Shown piece after piece: positions 22,806 through 32,809 of a DNA stretch of 64,000 bases (position 1 is its first letter; each line of letters opens with the position of its first letter). The position numbers and the translations under genes are program-made. The DNA comes from Gemmatimonadota bacterium (GTDB taxonomy: Bacteria > JBHIER01 > G020348925): positions 1,382,469 to 1,446,468 of the forward strand of contig CP070758.1 in assembly GCA_020348925.1 (NCBI GenBank). The letters are read 5' to 3'. The notes under the pieces are model-generated. The model was not told the origin of the DNA. It searched no databases and worked only from the letters and a program-made list of their open reading frames with translations.

Positions 22806-23078
22806 TTACGCCGAGAGGGAGCTCGCTCCGGCATAAACGCTCACCTGTTTTTTCTTTTTGCCTTTTCTCTCGAAGCAGACCGTGCCATCGATAAGGGCAA
22901 ACAGGGTATCATCCCTACCGATTCCTACGTTGTTGCCGGGATGGATGACGGTGCCTCTTTGCCGAATGATGATTCCGCCTGCGTTCACTTTTTGTCCCGA
23001 AAAGAGTTTCACTCCAAGATGTTGTGCATTTGAATCCCTTCCGTTTCTTGAACTTCCAACACCTTTTTTATGCGCCAT
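22806..23078 (-). CDS. rpmA: 50S ribosomal protein L27
   Basis: [16 protein letters not shown]...RQRGT...GRDDTLFAL. Confidence 0.98.
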   Translation of the reverse strand: MAHKKGVGSSRNGRDSNAQHLGVKLFSGQKVNAGGIIIRQRGTVIHPGNNVGIGRDDTLFALIDGTVCFERKGKKKKQVSVYAGASSLSA

Positions 23079-23146
23079 AGTACTCTCTCCTCCTCACTCT
23101 TGTGTGTTTTTATCGAAGCCGTCACTTCAGATTTTTGCTGTGAATG

Positions 23147-23464
23147 TTATTTCCTTGTGACGATGTCTTGAATCAATAATTCAGTATACTCTTGTCGATG
23201 TCCCTTTGTTCTTCTATATCCTTTTCTCCGTTTCATTTTAAAAACAAGAACCTTCGCCGCTTTCCCGTGTCCAAGGACCGAAGTGACTACCTTTGTCTTG
23301 GACACATGAGGAGTACCCACGGTAACTGCTTCTTCATCAGAGGAAAGAAGCATGGGGAAGAATTCAATGTTGGCACCAACCTCGACATTGATCTTGGGAA
23401 CACGGACAACATCATCTTTTGTCACTTTAAATTGTTTGCCTCCTGTTTCTATCACTGCATACAT
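23147..23464 (-). CDS. rplU: 50S ribosomal protein L21
   Basis: MYAVIETGGKQFKV...KRRKGYRRTKGHRQ. Confidence 0.98.
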   Translation of the reverse strand: MYAVIETGGKQFKVTKDDVVRVPKINVEVGANIEFFPMLLSSDEEAVTVGTPHVSKTKVVTSVLGHGKAAKVLVFKMKRRKGYRRTKGHRQEYTELLIQDIVTRK

Positions 23465-23542
23465 GGAACTCGTTCTCCCTTCTTATTGTAATAACGTAGT
23501 TTTAACATAAAACATAAATTTAATTCATAGACCGTCCTTTTG

Positions 23543-25084
23543 TCAAGTTTTAAATTGTTCAGTAATTTCCGACTTCCCATCCTGCAGGTATATTTTGAAC
23601 TCATGAAGCGGAAGCAGAGGATCGTTCGCAATTTCAATTATCATTTTGTACTTTTTTGTTAGATTTCTTCTTCTCAATTCATCATCCTGGGTTAAAAACG
23701 CTCCGATGCGGGGGTGGACGACAAGGCGAACCTGTTTCTCTTTTGTGTAGATGCTTGCCCGCTCAAACCAACGCTCAATTTTGGCCATGACGGTTTCTTT
23801 GGATAATACTCTTCCAAAGCCTCCGCAGACCGGACAAGGTTCGCTAAAGGTATACAACAAGCTCGGCCGAACTCTCTGTCGCGTCATCTCCACAAGTCCG
23901 AATTCGCTTATTGGTGAAATGCTGCTTTTAGCCCGGTCTTTTTTGAGGGCTGCTCTCAGTTCTCCGACGATCATGTCCCGGTAACTTTGATCCTCCATGT
24001 CGATAAAATCGATGACAATGAGCCCGCCGATGTCTCTGAGGCGTAACTGTCTGGCTATCTCTTTGACTGCCCGAAGATTCGTTTTGAGCAGTGTTTCTTG
24101 CTGATCGCTCTTGCCCACATATTTTCCGGTGTTCACGTCGATTGCTACCAGTGCTTCAGTGTGATCGATGACGATGTATCCTCCTTTTTTGAGCCATATT
24201 TTTCGGTGTAACGTCTTCTCGATCTCATGCTCAAGGTCAAAATGATCAAAGATGGGGGTGCTCTCTCTGTACAGGGTCACCCGAGAACGCAAGGAGGGTG
24301 AAACCGATTTTAAATAGGATTGGATCTCTTTAAATTCTTTCTTTGAATCAATCATGAGCATGCTGATGTCATCGGTGAAAAGATCCCGCACAAAACTACC
24401 GGTGAGACTCATATCTTTATGAATGAGTGCGGGGGCACCCGTTTTCATGGCTCTTTTTTCGATCTTCTTCCATAATTTCATGAGTTGTCTCAGATCTGAT
24501 TTCAGGTCTCTGACGTTTTTTCCTTCCGCTTCCGTGCGGACAATGAGACCCATGCCCTTCGGTTGTATCTCCTTGGCAATTTGCCGGAGTCGTCTTTTTT
24601 CAACCCAGTCGGTGATTTTAAGGGATACTCCAACGTGTAATTCATTGGGTATGAGGACAAGGAATCGACCGGGCAGGGAGGTTTGAGAGGTTACCCGTGG
24701 ACCCTTCGTGCCCATAGGCTCTTTCGTAATCTGGACTAAGATTTCCTGTCTCTTTTGAAGCATATCCTCGATGGGAATTGTCTCATTTTCCCTGAATGAA
24801 GCGAGAAACTTTTCACGATCTTCAGAACCCTCGATCAAGTCGACATACTCATGTGCGGAATCTGCCACATCAGAAACATGGAGAAAGGCACTCCGCTCCA
24901 ATCCAATATCGAGGAACGCTGCCTGCATACCTGGCAGCACTGTTTTCACAATTCCTTTGTAAATATCACCCACCATACGCTCATGTTCGGGACGCTCAAT
25001 GAAAAGTTCGACCAGTTTCCCATCCTCCAACACAGCAATTCTGTTTTCATGTGTCCCAACGTTTATGATGATCTCTTTTCGCAC
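23543..25084 (-). CDS. rng: Ribonuclease E/G family (RNase G-like)
   Basis: LPGMQAAFLDIG, DVNTG, RQLRLRDIGGLIVIDFIDM, EMTRQR, CPVCGG. GTG start after AAGGAG. Confidence 0.93.
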   Translation of the reverse strand: MRKEIIINVGTHENRIAVLEDGKLVELFIERPEHERMVGDIYKGIVKTVLPGMQAAFLDIGLERSAFLHVSDVADSAHEYVDLIEGSEDREKFLASFRENETIPIEDMLQKRQEILVQITKEPMGTKGPRVTSQTSLPGRFLVLIPNELHVGVSLKITDWVEKRRLRQIAKEIQPKGMGLIVRTEAEGKNVRDLKSDLRQLMKLWKKIEKRAMKTGAPALIHKDMSLTGSFVRDLFTDDISMLMIDSKKEFKEIQSYLKSVSPSLRSRVTLYRESTPIFDHFDLEHEIEKTLHRKIWLKKGGYIVIDHTEALVAIDVNTGKYVGKSDQQETLLKTNLRAVKEIARQLRLRDIGGLIVIDFIDMEDQSYRDMIVGELRAALKKDRAKSSISPISEFGLVEMTRQRVRPSLLYTFSEPCPVCGGFGRVLSKETVMAKIERWFERASIYTKEKQVRLVVHPRIGAFLTQDDELRRRNLTKKYKMIIEIANDPLLPLHEFKIYLQDGKSEITEQFKT

Positions 25085-25098
25085 GAAGTAGTTCTCCT

Positions 25099-27693
25099 TC
25101 AAACACAATCCATAGGAGTCATGAGGCGTCCCTCTCTCTCCACGAGTTGTTCGGTTCGCTCTATGAGAAAAGTCGACACCTGTTGTTGTGGCAAGGACAG
25201 CGTTTCGCTGACAACCTCGATTGGTTTGGCGTGGCCGGATTCGGATGTCCGCAACCTGAGAAGGACGGAAACATCGGTTGCATCAGACTCCACCTTTGCT
25301 TCAAGAATGTTGGGTCGAATATCTATGTTCTTTATCGTTTTATCCCCTTGACGGCGAACCCAGACGGTTGTGCGCTCGAAGAGTCTTGAAAAAGCCTCTT
25401 CAATCTGTTCCGCCGGAAATGTTCCGTCGAAGTGAATCCGAAACTCCGATTGTGAGATACTTGATGAGAGTGATGGGATTTTGCCAAAAATGGGCTTTGC
25501 CTTCAAAATACGAAATCCATCAGGGAACGCTCTGTCGAACACTTGAATACTCTCAGGATTGTAAGGTTGCTCGAATTGCATATCAACGTATTCGGCCTTG
25601 CTTATCATCCCCAACGTTAAAGGCGGTCCAAATGCTATTTTGGGATGAGGATGAAAACCCTGGGAGTATGCGATAGGCATTTCGGCGCGACGCAACGTGC
25701 GCTCGAAGACGCGGACAACATCGAGATGGGAAAGATAACGGACGTCCAGACCTTTCGCATATTTTATTCGAATTCGAGCCTTCGCAATCTGAATGGGAGA
25801 TTGCGTCCGTCTCTTTCTCGACCTGCCGAACGTTCGTGGGCTCTGCTGTATGAGCATGTCGGTCTCGTCGGCGGCCTGGACTTTTTCTTTTTCGAGTCGA
25901 ACAAGATATTTTGTCTTAGGTGGAACCGTATTCATTGTCCCTTCGGTATGCTCTTGAGACCGCTGCCATTCCTTGGCCAGAGTGTTCTTCGACACACCGA
26001 TAGATATATGTTCCCAGGGCAAGGGATCGGTAATGTCTCTTCGCCCAGTGTAACGATGAGGGTCGATTTCGGAGAGTTCAAACGCTTTTTGCCACAGAGG
26101 AAAAGAAAAGAAATCTGACCAACCGTCAAATCTGGCTCCCAACGTCTTCATTTCTTTCAACGCCTTTGATAATCGTCGATCCCCTCGCGCGATAACACTC
26201 TCAATAAAGGATACTTCCGGAGCTCGCCACTTTACTTTAATTCTTCCATGATGAAGGCGTTCCCGTAAAAAAGCGGTTTTTTCACGGAGGGATTCAATAT
26301 CGTTCTGAGCCGCCCATTGGAATGGTGTGTGGGCTTTCGGCGAGAAGGGTGAGATGGCGACATTGATGTACTTATCATTCTGGAACTTTTTTCCCACATG
26401 AGCAACTTCCTGGACAAGGCGAGCGATGGCTTCAATATCCTGCTGCTCTTCAGTGGGGAGTCCTATCATAAAATAGAGTTTTATCACATTCCACCCGTTC
26501 TCGTATGCTATCTCCACGGCTCTGAACAGATCCTCGTCGCTGATGTTCTTTCGAATAACGTGACGAAGCCTCTCGGTCCCCGCTTCAGGTGCAAAGGTTA
26601 AGCCACTTCTGCGGACAGTTTGGACCGCTCTGGCCAATGTGTCTGAAAACGTGTCGGGCCGTAAGGACGGCAGCGCTGTCGCCACTCTTTTTCCAGCGAA
26701 CTTTCTATTCAATTTCGCTATCAGTTCATCCAAGGCTGAATAGTCCGTGGACGAGAGAGAGAGCAGAGAAATTTCGTCGTATCCGGTTGCCCGGATCCCC
26801 GTTTCTGCCTGGCGAACGATGTCATCAACCGGCCGTTCCCGCACGGGGCGGTAGAGCAAGCGCGCGTTGCAGAACCGACACGCTCTGGGGCATCCTCTCA
26901 TAATCTCTATTGTCAAGCGATCATGCTCGATCTCGGTGAAGGACATGAGTGGTGCATCAGGATAGTATTCCTTTCTCAAGAACTCCACTGTTCGGGCTTC
27001 GATCTTTCTGGGAATAGATGGATCGACAGGCAGAACACTCGCTGAGCCACCGGTGCTCTCGTGCGCTTCATAGAACGAAGGAACATAGATACCCTTCAGT
27101 TCGGACAAGGAGCGTAATTTCTCATGCCTGGAGGAACCTTTCAGGGCTTTGACGATATCTATAATCTCAAGAACCGCCTCCTCACCATCGCCGATGACAA
27201 AGGCATCAATAAACCCAGCCAGAGGTTCGGGATTAAAAGCACCCAAACCGCCCCCGAGGATCAACGGATCGTGTTCACCTCTTCCTGTGCCTTCGAGAGG
27301 TATGGACGCCAGATCGAGCATATTGAGGATATTTGTGTAGCACAGTTCGTAGGGCAGAGTGAACGCTACAATGTCAAAGTCGCTCAAGGGTTTTTTTGAT
27401 TCAAGCGTAAACAGAGGAATTGTTTCCTCCCGCATTCGTTTTTCCAAATCCACCCAGGGAGCATACACGCGCTCGGCACATACATCATCTCGTCGATTCA
27501 GAAGGTGGTACAGAATAGCAAATCCGAGGTACGACATTCCCAGCTCATAGGTATCAGGAAAGGCCAAGGCGACCTTGACATCAACAGAGGTGTGGTCCTT
27601 GCGGATGACGTTGAGTTCGTTGCCCGTGTACCTGCTGGGTTTTGCAACAGTCGGTAAAATTTCGCGAAACATTCTTCTTTCAATTGAATTCAT
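25099..27693 (-). CDS. TIGR03960-type B12-binding radical SAM protein fused to a TIGR03936/DUF2344-like domain
   Basis: KPSRYTGNE, FPDTYELGMS, CxxxCxxC (CPRACRFC), TFAPEAG, and C-terminal 'YLSHLDV...YSQGFHPHP'. Typical position upstream of rng. Confidence 0.9.
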   Translation of the reverse strand: MNSIERRMFREILPTVAKPSRYTGNELNVIRKDHTSVDVKVALAFPDTYELGMSYLGFAILYHLLNRRDDVCAERVYAPWVDLEKRMREETIPLFTLESKKPLSDFDIVAFTLPYELCYTNILNMLDLASIPLEGTGRGEHDPLILGGGLGAFNPEPLAGFIDAFVIGDGEEAVLEIIDIVKALKGSSRHEKLRSLSELKGIYVPSFYEAHESTGGSASVLPVDPSIPRKIEARTVEFLRKEYYPDAPLMSFTEIEHDRLTIEIMRGCPRACRFCNARLLYRPVRERPVDDIVRQAETGIRATGYDEISLLSLSSTDYSALDELIAKLNRKFAGKRVATALPSLRPDTFSDTLARAVQTVRRSGLTFAPEAGTERLRHVIRKNISDEDLFRAVEIAYENGWNVIKLYFMIGLPTEEQQDIEAIARLVQEVAHVGKKFQNDKYINVAISPFSPKAHTPFQWAAQNDIESLREKTAFLRERLHHGRIKVKWRAPEVSFIESVIARGDRRLSKALKEMKTLGARFDGWSDFFSFPLWQKAFELSEIDPHRYTGRRDITDPLPWEHISIGVSKNTLAKEWQRSQEHTEGTMNTVPPKTKYLVRLEKEKVQAADETDMLIQQSPRTFGRSRKRRTQSPIQIAKARIRIKYAKGLDVRYLSHLDVVRVFERTLRRAEMPIAYSQGFHPHPKIAFGPPLTLGMISKAEYVDMQFEQPYNPESIQVFDRAFPDGFRILKAKPIFGKIPSLSSSISQSEFRIHFDGTFPAEQIEEAFSRLFERTTVWVRRQGDKTIKNIDIRPNILEAKVESDATDVSVLLRLRTSESGHAKPIEVVSETLSLPQQQVSTFLIERTEQLVEREGRLMTPMDCV

Positions 27694-27806
27694 AGAGTGG
27701 CTTATTTTCTTTTGTAAGTTCCGTCGGAGTGAATTTGGCCCAGAGAGTTATGAAAAATGTTGAGGAAAGACGGAGATCTTCGGTTGAAGTGGTTGACAGA
27801 ACATGT

Positions 27807-28688
27807 TCAATGACTTCTTTCCGTTTTGCTGAGCAGATTTTCCCATTCTTTCTCCACCATATCTTGGATATCATCCATTTGGCTCTTCGTAAGATGTTTG
27901 AATCGACCCTGAAATTTGAGATACTCGATGACTGGAACGCCATCCGGCTGCCGCGTTATCGTGTATTTCTCACCGTTTTCTATCTCGTACAGCGGGAAGA
28001 TCTTTGTCTCGATGGCCAGTCGTGCCAATCGTATCGCAATTTCAGAGGGAATTTTCCATCCGGGTGGACACGGTGAGAGGATGTGTAAGAATCGGGTTCC
28101 GTGGATGGTCTTCGCTTTTTGCACCTTGGCGACGAGATCATCGGGGAAAGCGACTGTGGCTGTAGCGGCATAGGGGATCTTGTGAGCCGCCATAACCATC
28201 ATAATGTCCTTCTTGGGACGGTTTTTAAAGTGGCGCACAGGAGTTGTTGTTGTCCAGGCACCCCAGGGTGTCGCCGAGCTCCGCTGAATTCCCGTGTTCA
28301 TATAGGCTTCGTTGTCGTAACACACATAGAGAATATCGTCATTTCGTTCGGCAGCTCCGGACAGAGCCTGGATGCCGATATCGAAGGTTCCGCCATCGCC
28401 GGCCCAGGCCAGTACTGTTGTGTCCGTATCACCCTGGATTTCCAAGCCGGCTTTTATGCCTGAGGCGGCAGCTCCCGCTGTCTCGAAGGCCGTGTGGTAC
28501 AACGGGACTTGCAATGATGAATAGGGGAATGGTCCAGCGATTATTGACCAGCAGCAGGCAGGCAGAACGACGATCGTTTTTTCACCCAATGCTTTCAATA
28601 CATATCTCATGGCCTGGGCCGCGCCACATCCCGGACATGCCACGTGGCCTGGCCCCATGAGTTCGTGCTCTGGAATTTGAAATCTCAT
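27807..28688 (-). CDS. porB: 2-oxoacid:acceptor oxidoreductase beta (TPP-binding) subunit
   Basis: GHVACPGCG, GDGGTFDIG, YDNEAYMNTGIQRS, SPCPPGW. Substrate is not determinable from the sequence. Confidence 0.9.
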   Translation of the reverse strand: MRFQIPEHELMGPGHVACPGCGAAQAMRYVLKALGEKTIVVLPACCWSIIAGPFPYSSLQVPLYHTAFETAGAAASGIKAGLEIQGDTDTTVLAWAGDGGTFDIGIQALSGAAERNDDILYVCYDNEAYMNTGIQRSSATPWGAWTTTTPVRHFKNRPKKDIMMVMAAHKIPYAATATVAFPDDLVAKVQKAKTIHGTRFLHILSPCPPGWKIPSEIAIRLARLAIETKIFPLYEIENGEKYTITRQPDGVPVIEYLKFQGRFKHLTKSQMDDIQDMVEKEWENLLSKTERSH

Positions 28689-29839
28689 CGTTTCACTCCG
28701 ATCCAAATGATCTCCGTATCAGGTGTATCGTGAGTCTCAGCATGCGTGACAATTTCATGGATGACGTTCGGTGTGACATCCCGACCGCCGAGTCCGGCAA
28801 TAAATCCAAAGATTGGTAAATCATCTCGGTGGCCATACATGGTTGACGTAATCTCCTGATAAAAGATGCCGCCGAATCCAACGCAAATATTTCGGTCGAT
28901 GACGGCCACTTTTTTGGCCCTCCGAACGGCATTCCGAAATTCCTGCCTGGGAAAGGGGCGAAACATTCTCACCTTCAACATGCCCACATTTCTTCCTTCT
29001 GATCGGAGTTGATCAACAACATCACGTGTTGTGCTGGCTATACTGCCTGAGACGACCAAGATAAGTTCGGCATCATCGCTGTAATATCGTTCTATTAAAC
29101 CGTGGCTCCGGCCGAAAATACGTTCAAATTCCTCGTCGGCCTGTCGTGCTATTTCTATGGCCTGATCCATGGTTTCCTGCATTTTGTACCTGATTTCAAA
29201 ATAGTGGTCCGGTCCTGTCAAACCACCGAAGGCGTATGGATTTTCAGTACTCAGTCTATAGGTGGCGTTGTACTTCGGCAGATATGTGTCGACCACCTCG
29301 ATGTCAGGGATATCCACAGGTTCTGACGTGTGGGAGAGGAAAAAAGCATCTAAGACGAGCATTGTGGGTAAGAGTATCTGCTCGGAAATCTTGAAACCCT
29401 GAATGATTGTATCGAGGATCTCCTGATTGCTCTCACAATAGAATTGCAACCATCCAGTATCTCTCTGAGATAAACTGTCGTTTTGATCCGTCCAGATTGA
29501 CCATCCCGGCCCCATCGCCCGGTTGACATTCGCCAGGACAATGGGCAACCTCCCTAAGGCGGCCCAGTGGAGGAGTTCGTGCATGAGAGCCAGCCCGTGC
29601 GCTGAGGTGGCCGTGAAGGCGCGTGCTCCCGTAGCCGAGGCCCCGATACAGCTGGCCATGGCCGAATGTTCGGATTCAACTTTGATGAATTTGGCGTCGA
29701 GAAGACCGTCAGCGCAAAATTCAGAGAGCAATTCAACAATCTGCGTCTGAGGAGTAATCGGGTAAGCGGCAATAACTTGGGATCGAGAGACCATCGCCCC
29801 ATAGGAGACCGCGTAGTTGCCAGTGATCACTTTTTTCAT
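28685..29839 (-). CDS. porA: 2-oxoacid:acceptor oxidoreductase alpha subunit
   Basis: AAYPITPQT, VESEHSAM, TATSAHGL, RMFRPFP, GLGGRD. Confidence 0.9.
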   Translation of the reverse strand: MKKVITGNYAVSYGAMVSRSQVIAAYPITPQTQIVELLSEFCADGLLDAKFIKVESEHSAMASCIGASATGARAFTATSAHGLALMHELLHWAALGRLPIVLANVNRAMGPGWSIWTDQNDSLSQRDTGWLQFYCESNQEILDTIIQGFKISEQILLPTMLVLDAFFLSHTSEPVDIPDIEVVDTYLPKYNATYRLSTENPYAFGGLTGPDHYFEIRYKMQETMDQAIEIARQADEEFERIFGRSHGLIERYYSDDAELILVVSGSIASTTRDVVDQLRSEGRNVGMLKVRMFRPFPRQEFRNAVRRAKKVAVIDRNICVGFGGIFYQEITSTMYGHRDDLPIFGFIAGLGGRDVTPNVIHEIVTHAETHDTPDTEIIWIGVKR

Positions 29840-31617
29840 TTCTGTTCCTCCTCCAGGGACATCGCTTCCCGGGGGCACTCTTCGACACAGATTCCGCACC
29901 CTTTGCAATGGTCGTAGTCGATGTCGTAGCCGAAGGCATCCGTCTTTCGACTGATGCTGATATCAGGACAGAAGACCCAGCAATTTTCGCACATATTGCA
30001 GACACCGCAGTTGAAGCACCGTCCGGATTCCGTTGTGACGGCACTCTCAGGCAAGCCTGAGTTGACTTCGACGAATGATTGCTTCGCTTTTTCGATGTCC
30101 GCTCTCGGCAGGTCCACCCGGTCTTTGTGTTCGAAATAAGCCAGATTGATGTCTTCGAACCTGACGACTTTCGAAGCGTTATACCGTATCTCGCCGCGCA
30201 GATATCGTTCCATGGAGACGGACCCTTTTTGTCCTATTTGGACCGATGCTGCGATTTTTGCTGTGTCTTTCCCCCGAAGGAAGGTATCGATGGCGATGGC
30301 GGCCACTTTCCCCGAGCCGATGGCATGGGCTACGGTCCGGGGCTGATCGACGGCATCACCTCCTGCAAAAATTCCCTTTTTACTTGTTTCACCGTGATCG
30401 CTTACGACGATCGAGCCCCACTCTGTTTGAATATCCTCGGTCAAAAAGGAGAGTTGTGGTGATTCACCGATGGCCGTGAAGACGGTCTCAACATCCATAA
30501 TGAAGTTTGATCCTTCGACAGGCACCGGACGTCGTCTGCCGCTCTCATCCGGTTCTCCCAGCTCCATTTTGACGCACTCCATCTGAACGACTCGTTCCTG
30601 GTCGGTTATGACGCGTATGGGAGTGGCCAAGAAATGGATGGGAATTCCCTCGTGCTCGGCTTCCTCCACTTCGGCCGGAATGGCTGGCATCTCAGCCCGG
30701 GAACGCCGGTAGACGACAACAACTTCGGATCCCAACCGAAGCACAGATCGAGCGGTATCCATGGCTGTGTTGCCACCCCCTATGACGGCCACTTTTTTAC
30801 CGATCGCAATCTTTTTCCCAAGATTGAGATCAATTAGGAATTGCAGTCCGGACATCACGCCGGACGCGTCTTCCCCAGGGACATTCAAATTTCTGCTTTC
30901 GTGGGCACCGGTCGCGACATATATGGCGTTGAAGTCTTTGAGATCCTTCAACAAGAGGTCGCGATCGACACGACTGTCAGTTTGAATATCGACGCCCATT
31001 TTGATGATGTGTTCGATCTCAGCCTCCAGGATGTCTTTGGGAAGACGATAGGAGGGGATGCCGACCCGGAGAATACCACCGGGAACAGGATGCGCCTCCA
31101 AAACGAGGGGTGTGTATCCCATTCGTGCCAGATGATAGGCGCACACGAGACCCGCAGGTCCTGCACCGATGATGGCTATTTTTTCTGACTTCTTGTGTCC
31201 CCTCTCTTGCGAGAGCCTTGGTGGGATGAGCCCATGATTGAGCCCGTAGTCGCCCACGAACCGTTCGACGGCGTGAATGGAAATGGCTTCATCGTAATGT
31301 CCGCGGTTACAGGCCTCCTCACAGGGATGATAGCACACCCGTCCCTGGACACCGGGAAAGGGATGCTCCTCCAGGATGAGTTTCCAGGCGTCTTCAAATT
31401 TTCCTTGCTCGCACAGATATTGAACCCCTTCGACATCTTCTCCGGCCGGACACGCTTCATCACACGGTGGGGTTTTGTTTTCGTATATTGGTCGAATATA
31501 GCGCCACGACCCTGTTTTGTTCCACCTCATGCTCCCGAGGGATACAGCCAGTGGGGGCATCTCGTTCGCAGATTTGAAGGTGATGATTTCATCCTTTGGA
31601 TACTTTCGTTTTTTCAT
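29836..31617 (-). CDS. GltD-like FAD/NAD(P) oxidoreductase fused within a PorD-like (delta) 2x[4Fe-4S] subunit
   Basis: N-terminal 'KTGSWRYIRP' (PorD-like), PPCDEACP...GRVCYHPCEEAC, GAGPAG, GGGNTAMD, YRR, AGGD, and C-terminal CENCWVFCPD...DYDHCKGCGICVEECP. Confidence 0.88.
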   Translation of the reverse strand: MKKRKYPKDEIITFKSANEMPPLAVSLGSMRWNKTGSWRYIRPIYENKTPPCDEACPAGEDVEGVQYLCEQGKFEDAWKLILEEHPFPGVQGRVCYHPCEEACNRGHYDEAISIHAVERFVGDYGLNHGLIPPRLSQERGHKKSEKIAIIGAGPAGLVCAYHLARMGYTPLVLEAHPVPGGILRVGIPSYRLPKDILEAEIEHIIKMGVDIQTDSRVDRDLLLKDLKDFNAIYVATGAHESRNLNVPGEDASGVMSGLQFLIDLNLGKKIAIGKKVAVIGGGNTAMDTARSVLRLGSEVVVVYRRSRAEMPAIPAEVEEAEHEGIPIHFLATPIRVITDQERVVQMECVKMELGEPDESGRRRPVPVEGSNFIMDVETVFTAIGESPQLSFLTEDIQTEWGSIVVSDHGETSKKGIFAGGDAVDQPRTVAHAIGSGKVAAIAIDTFLRGKDTAKIAASVQIGQKGSVSMERYLRGEIRYNASKVVRFEDINLAYFEHKDRVDLPRADIEKAKQSFVEVNSGLPESAVTTESGRCFNCGVCNMCENCWVFCPDISISRKTDAFGYDIDYDHCKGCGICVEECPREAMSLEEEQK

Positions 31618-31631
31618 CTCTCCTCACTTAT

Positions 31632-32195
31632 TCAAGGCGTGATATTTTGCCCTCTCACCTTTTCGTACGCCTCGCGGCAGGCGGCCGCATTTTCTTCCGG
31701 ATTGAGCGGCACCTCTTCTTTGACGGCGGCAACAATAGCCTCGATGCTCACCAGTTCCGTTATTCTTGAAAAGGCACCTAAAATGGCTGTATTGACTATA
31801 GGGGCGGTTCGTGTTCCGAGGTTGTGTTTGACGGCGATTGCGTTGGCATCGACGGTGGCGATCCGGAACTTTGACGGCAGGTGAAATTCTCCAAAATGCT
31901 TATCGCTGTTGATAACGATCCAGCCGTTTTCCTTCAAGCCGGTTGTGACATCGATGGCCTCGATTAAGGTGGGATCGAGGACCATGAGATGGTCAGGCTC
32001 ATAAATTTCACACCGTAATCGGATCTCCCTATCGTCCATCCGTGTAAAGGCGGCGACTGGGGCACCGCGCCGTTCCACACCGAAAGTCGGGAAAGACTGC
32101 ACACATTTTCCCTCTTGAAACAGAGCAGCGGCCAGAACCTGAGAAGCGACGACGGCACCTTGTCCACCGCGACCGTGAATTCGAATCTCGATCAT
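31632..32195 (-). CDS. porC: 2-oxoacid:acceptor oxidoreductase gamma subunit
   Basis: EIRIHGRGGQG, FGVERRGAPV, NTAILGA. Confidence 0.9.
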   Translation of the reverse strand: MIEIRIHGRGGQGAVVASQVLAAALFQEGKCVQSFPTFGVERRGAPVAAFTRMDDREIRLRCEIYEPDHLMVLDPTLIEAIDVTTGLKENGWIVINSDKHFGEFHLPSKFRIATVDANAIAVKHNLGTRTAPIVNTAILGAFSRITELVSIEAIVAAVKEEVPLNPEENAAACREAYEKVRGQNITP

Positions 32196-32475
32196 AGACA
32201 ACTCCACTCTTCATTTAGAGTTCATAGATGTAACGAATTATGGTATTGTACGAAAATTACGAAAATATAGGAGAGAGGTACTGGACACACTTTTAGGATT
32301 CTGAAAGGAAAAGAAGTCACAGGGATCAATAGCTTTGTGAAGAGCCCGCGTCACAGGAAAAGAGATACGTCCCAGAGATGCATGCAGCAAATGAAAAAAG
32401 AGGAAAGTGATCGTTCCATCTTTCCTCTCCATTCATGGTCTCATTCAGTACACTTTTCTATTGATGATGGCTCGA

Positions 32476-32673
32476 TTATCCATAAACCTCTTGTTGGTTA
32501 CATTTACATACTCTGAGATATCTCTCATTAAATTTCCAAGAACGAGTTTGATCAGAGTACACCGATTTCACGAAAAGGACGTGATTCGTGGTACTATTGC
32601 ACACGGAACACTGATCACTTTTTTTCCCTGAGGCTTTGGCCACTTTCGCAGCAAAGCTTCTGTCCTTTGCCAT
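32476..32673 (-). CDS. Small basic zinc-ribbon protein; possible DUF4295/bL38-like ribosomal protein
   Basis: 65 aa, Lys-rich, CxxC...CxC, with AAGGAG RBS and a strong promoter. The resemblance to DUF4295 is by eye only. Confidence 0.7.
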   Translation of the reverse strand: MAKDRSFAAKVAKASGKKSDQCSVCNSTTNHVLFVKSVYSDQTRSWKFNERYLRVCKCNQQEVYG

Positions 32674-32725
32674 TTCATGCTCTCCTTATATTTTCAATGT
32701 TTTCTATGCCTTTCTGGCGTTTTCA

Positions 32726-32754
32726 AATATAAAAAAAAGAGCGTTGCATGTCAA
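32726..32754 (-). promoter_or_regulatory. sigma70-type promoter
   Basis: TTGACA-N17-TATATT on the minus strand, upstream of the 65-aa gene. Confidence 0.7.
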
Positions 32755-32809
32755 GGTTAAAAGGGCCTTCGGAAGGTTGCCCGGGGAAATGGCGGCGGGG
32801 TCAGCGTTC

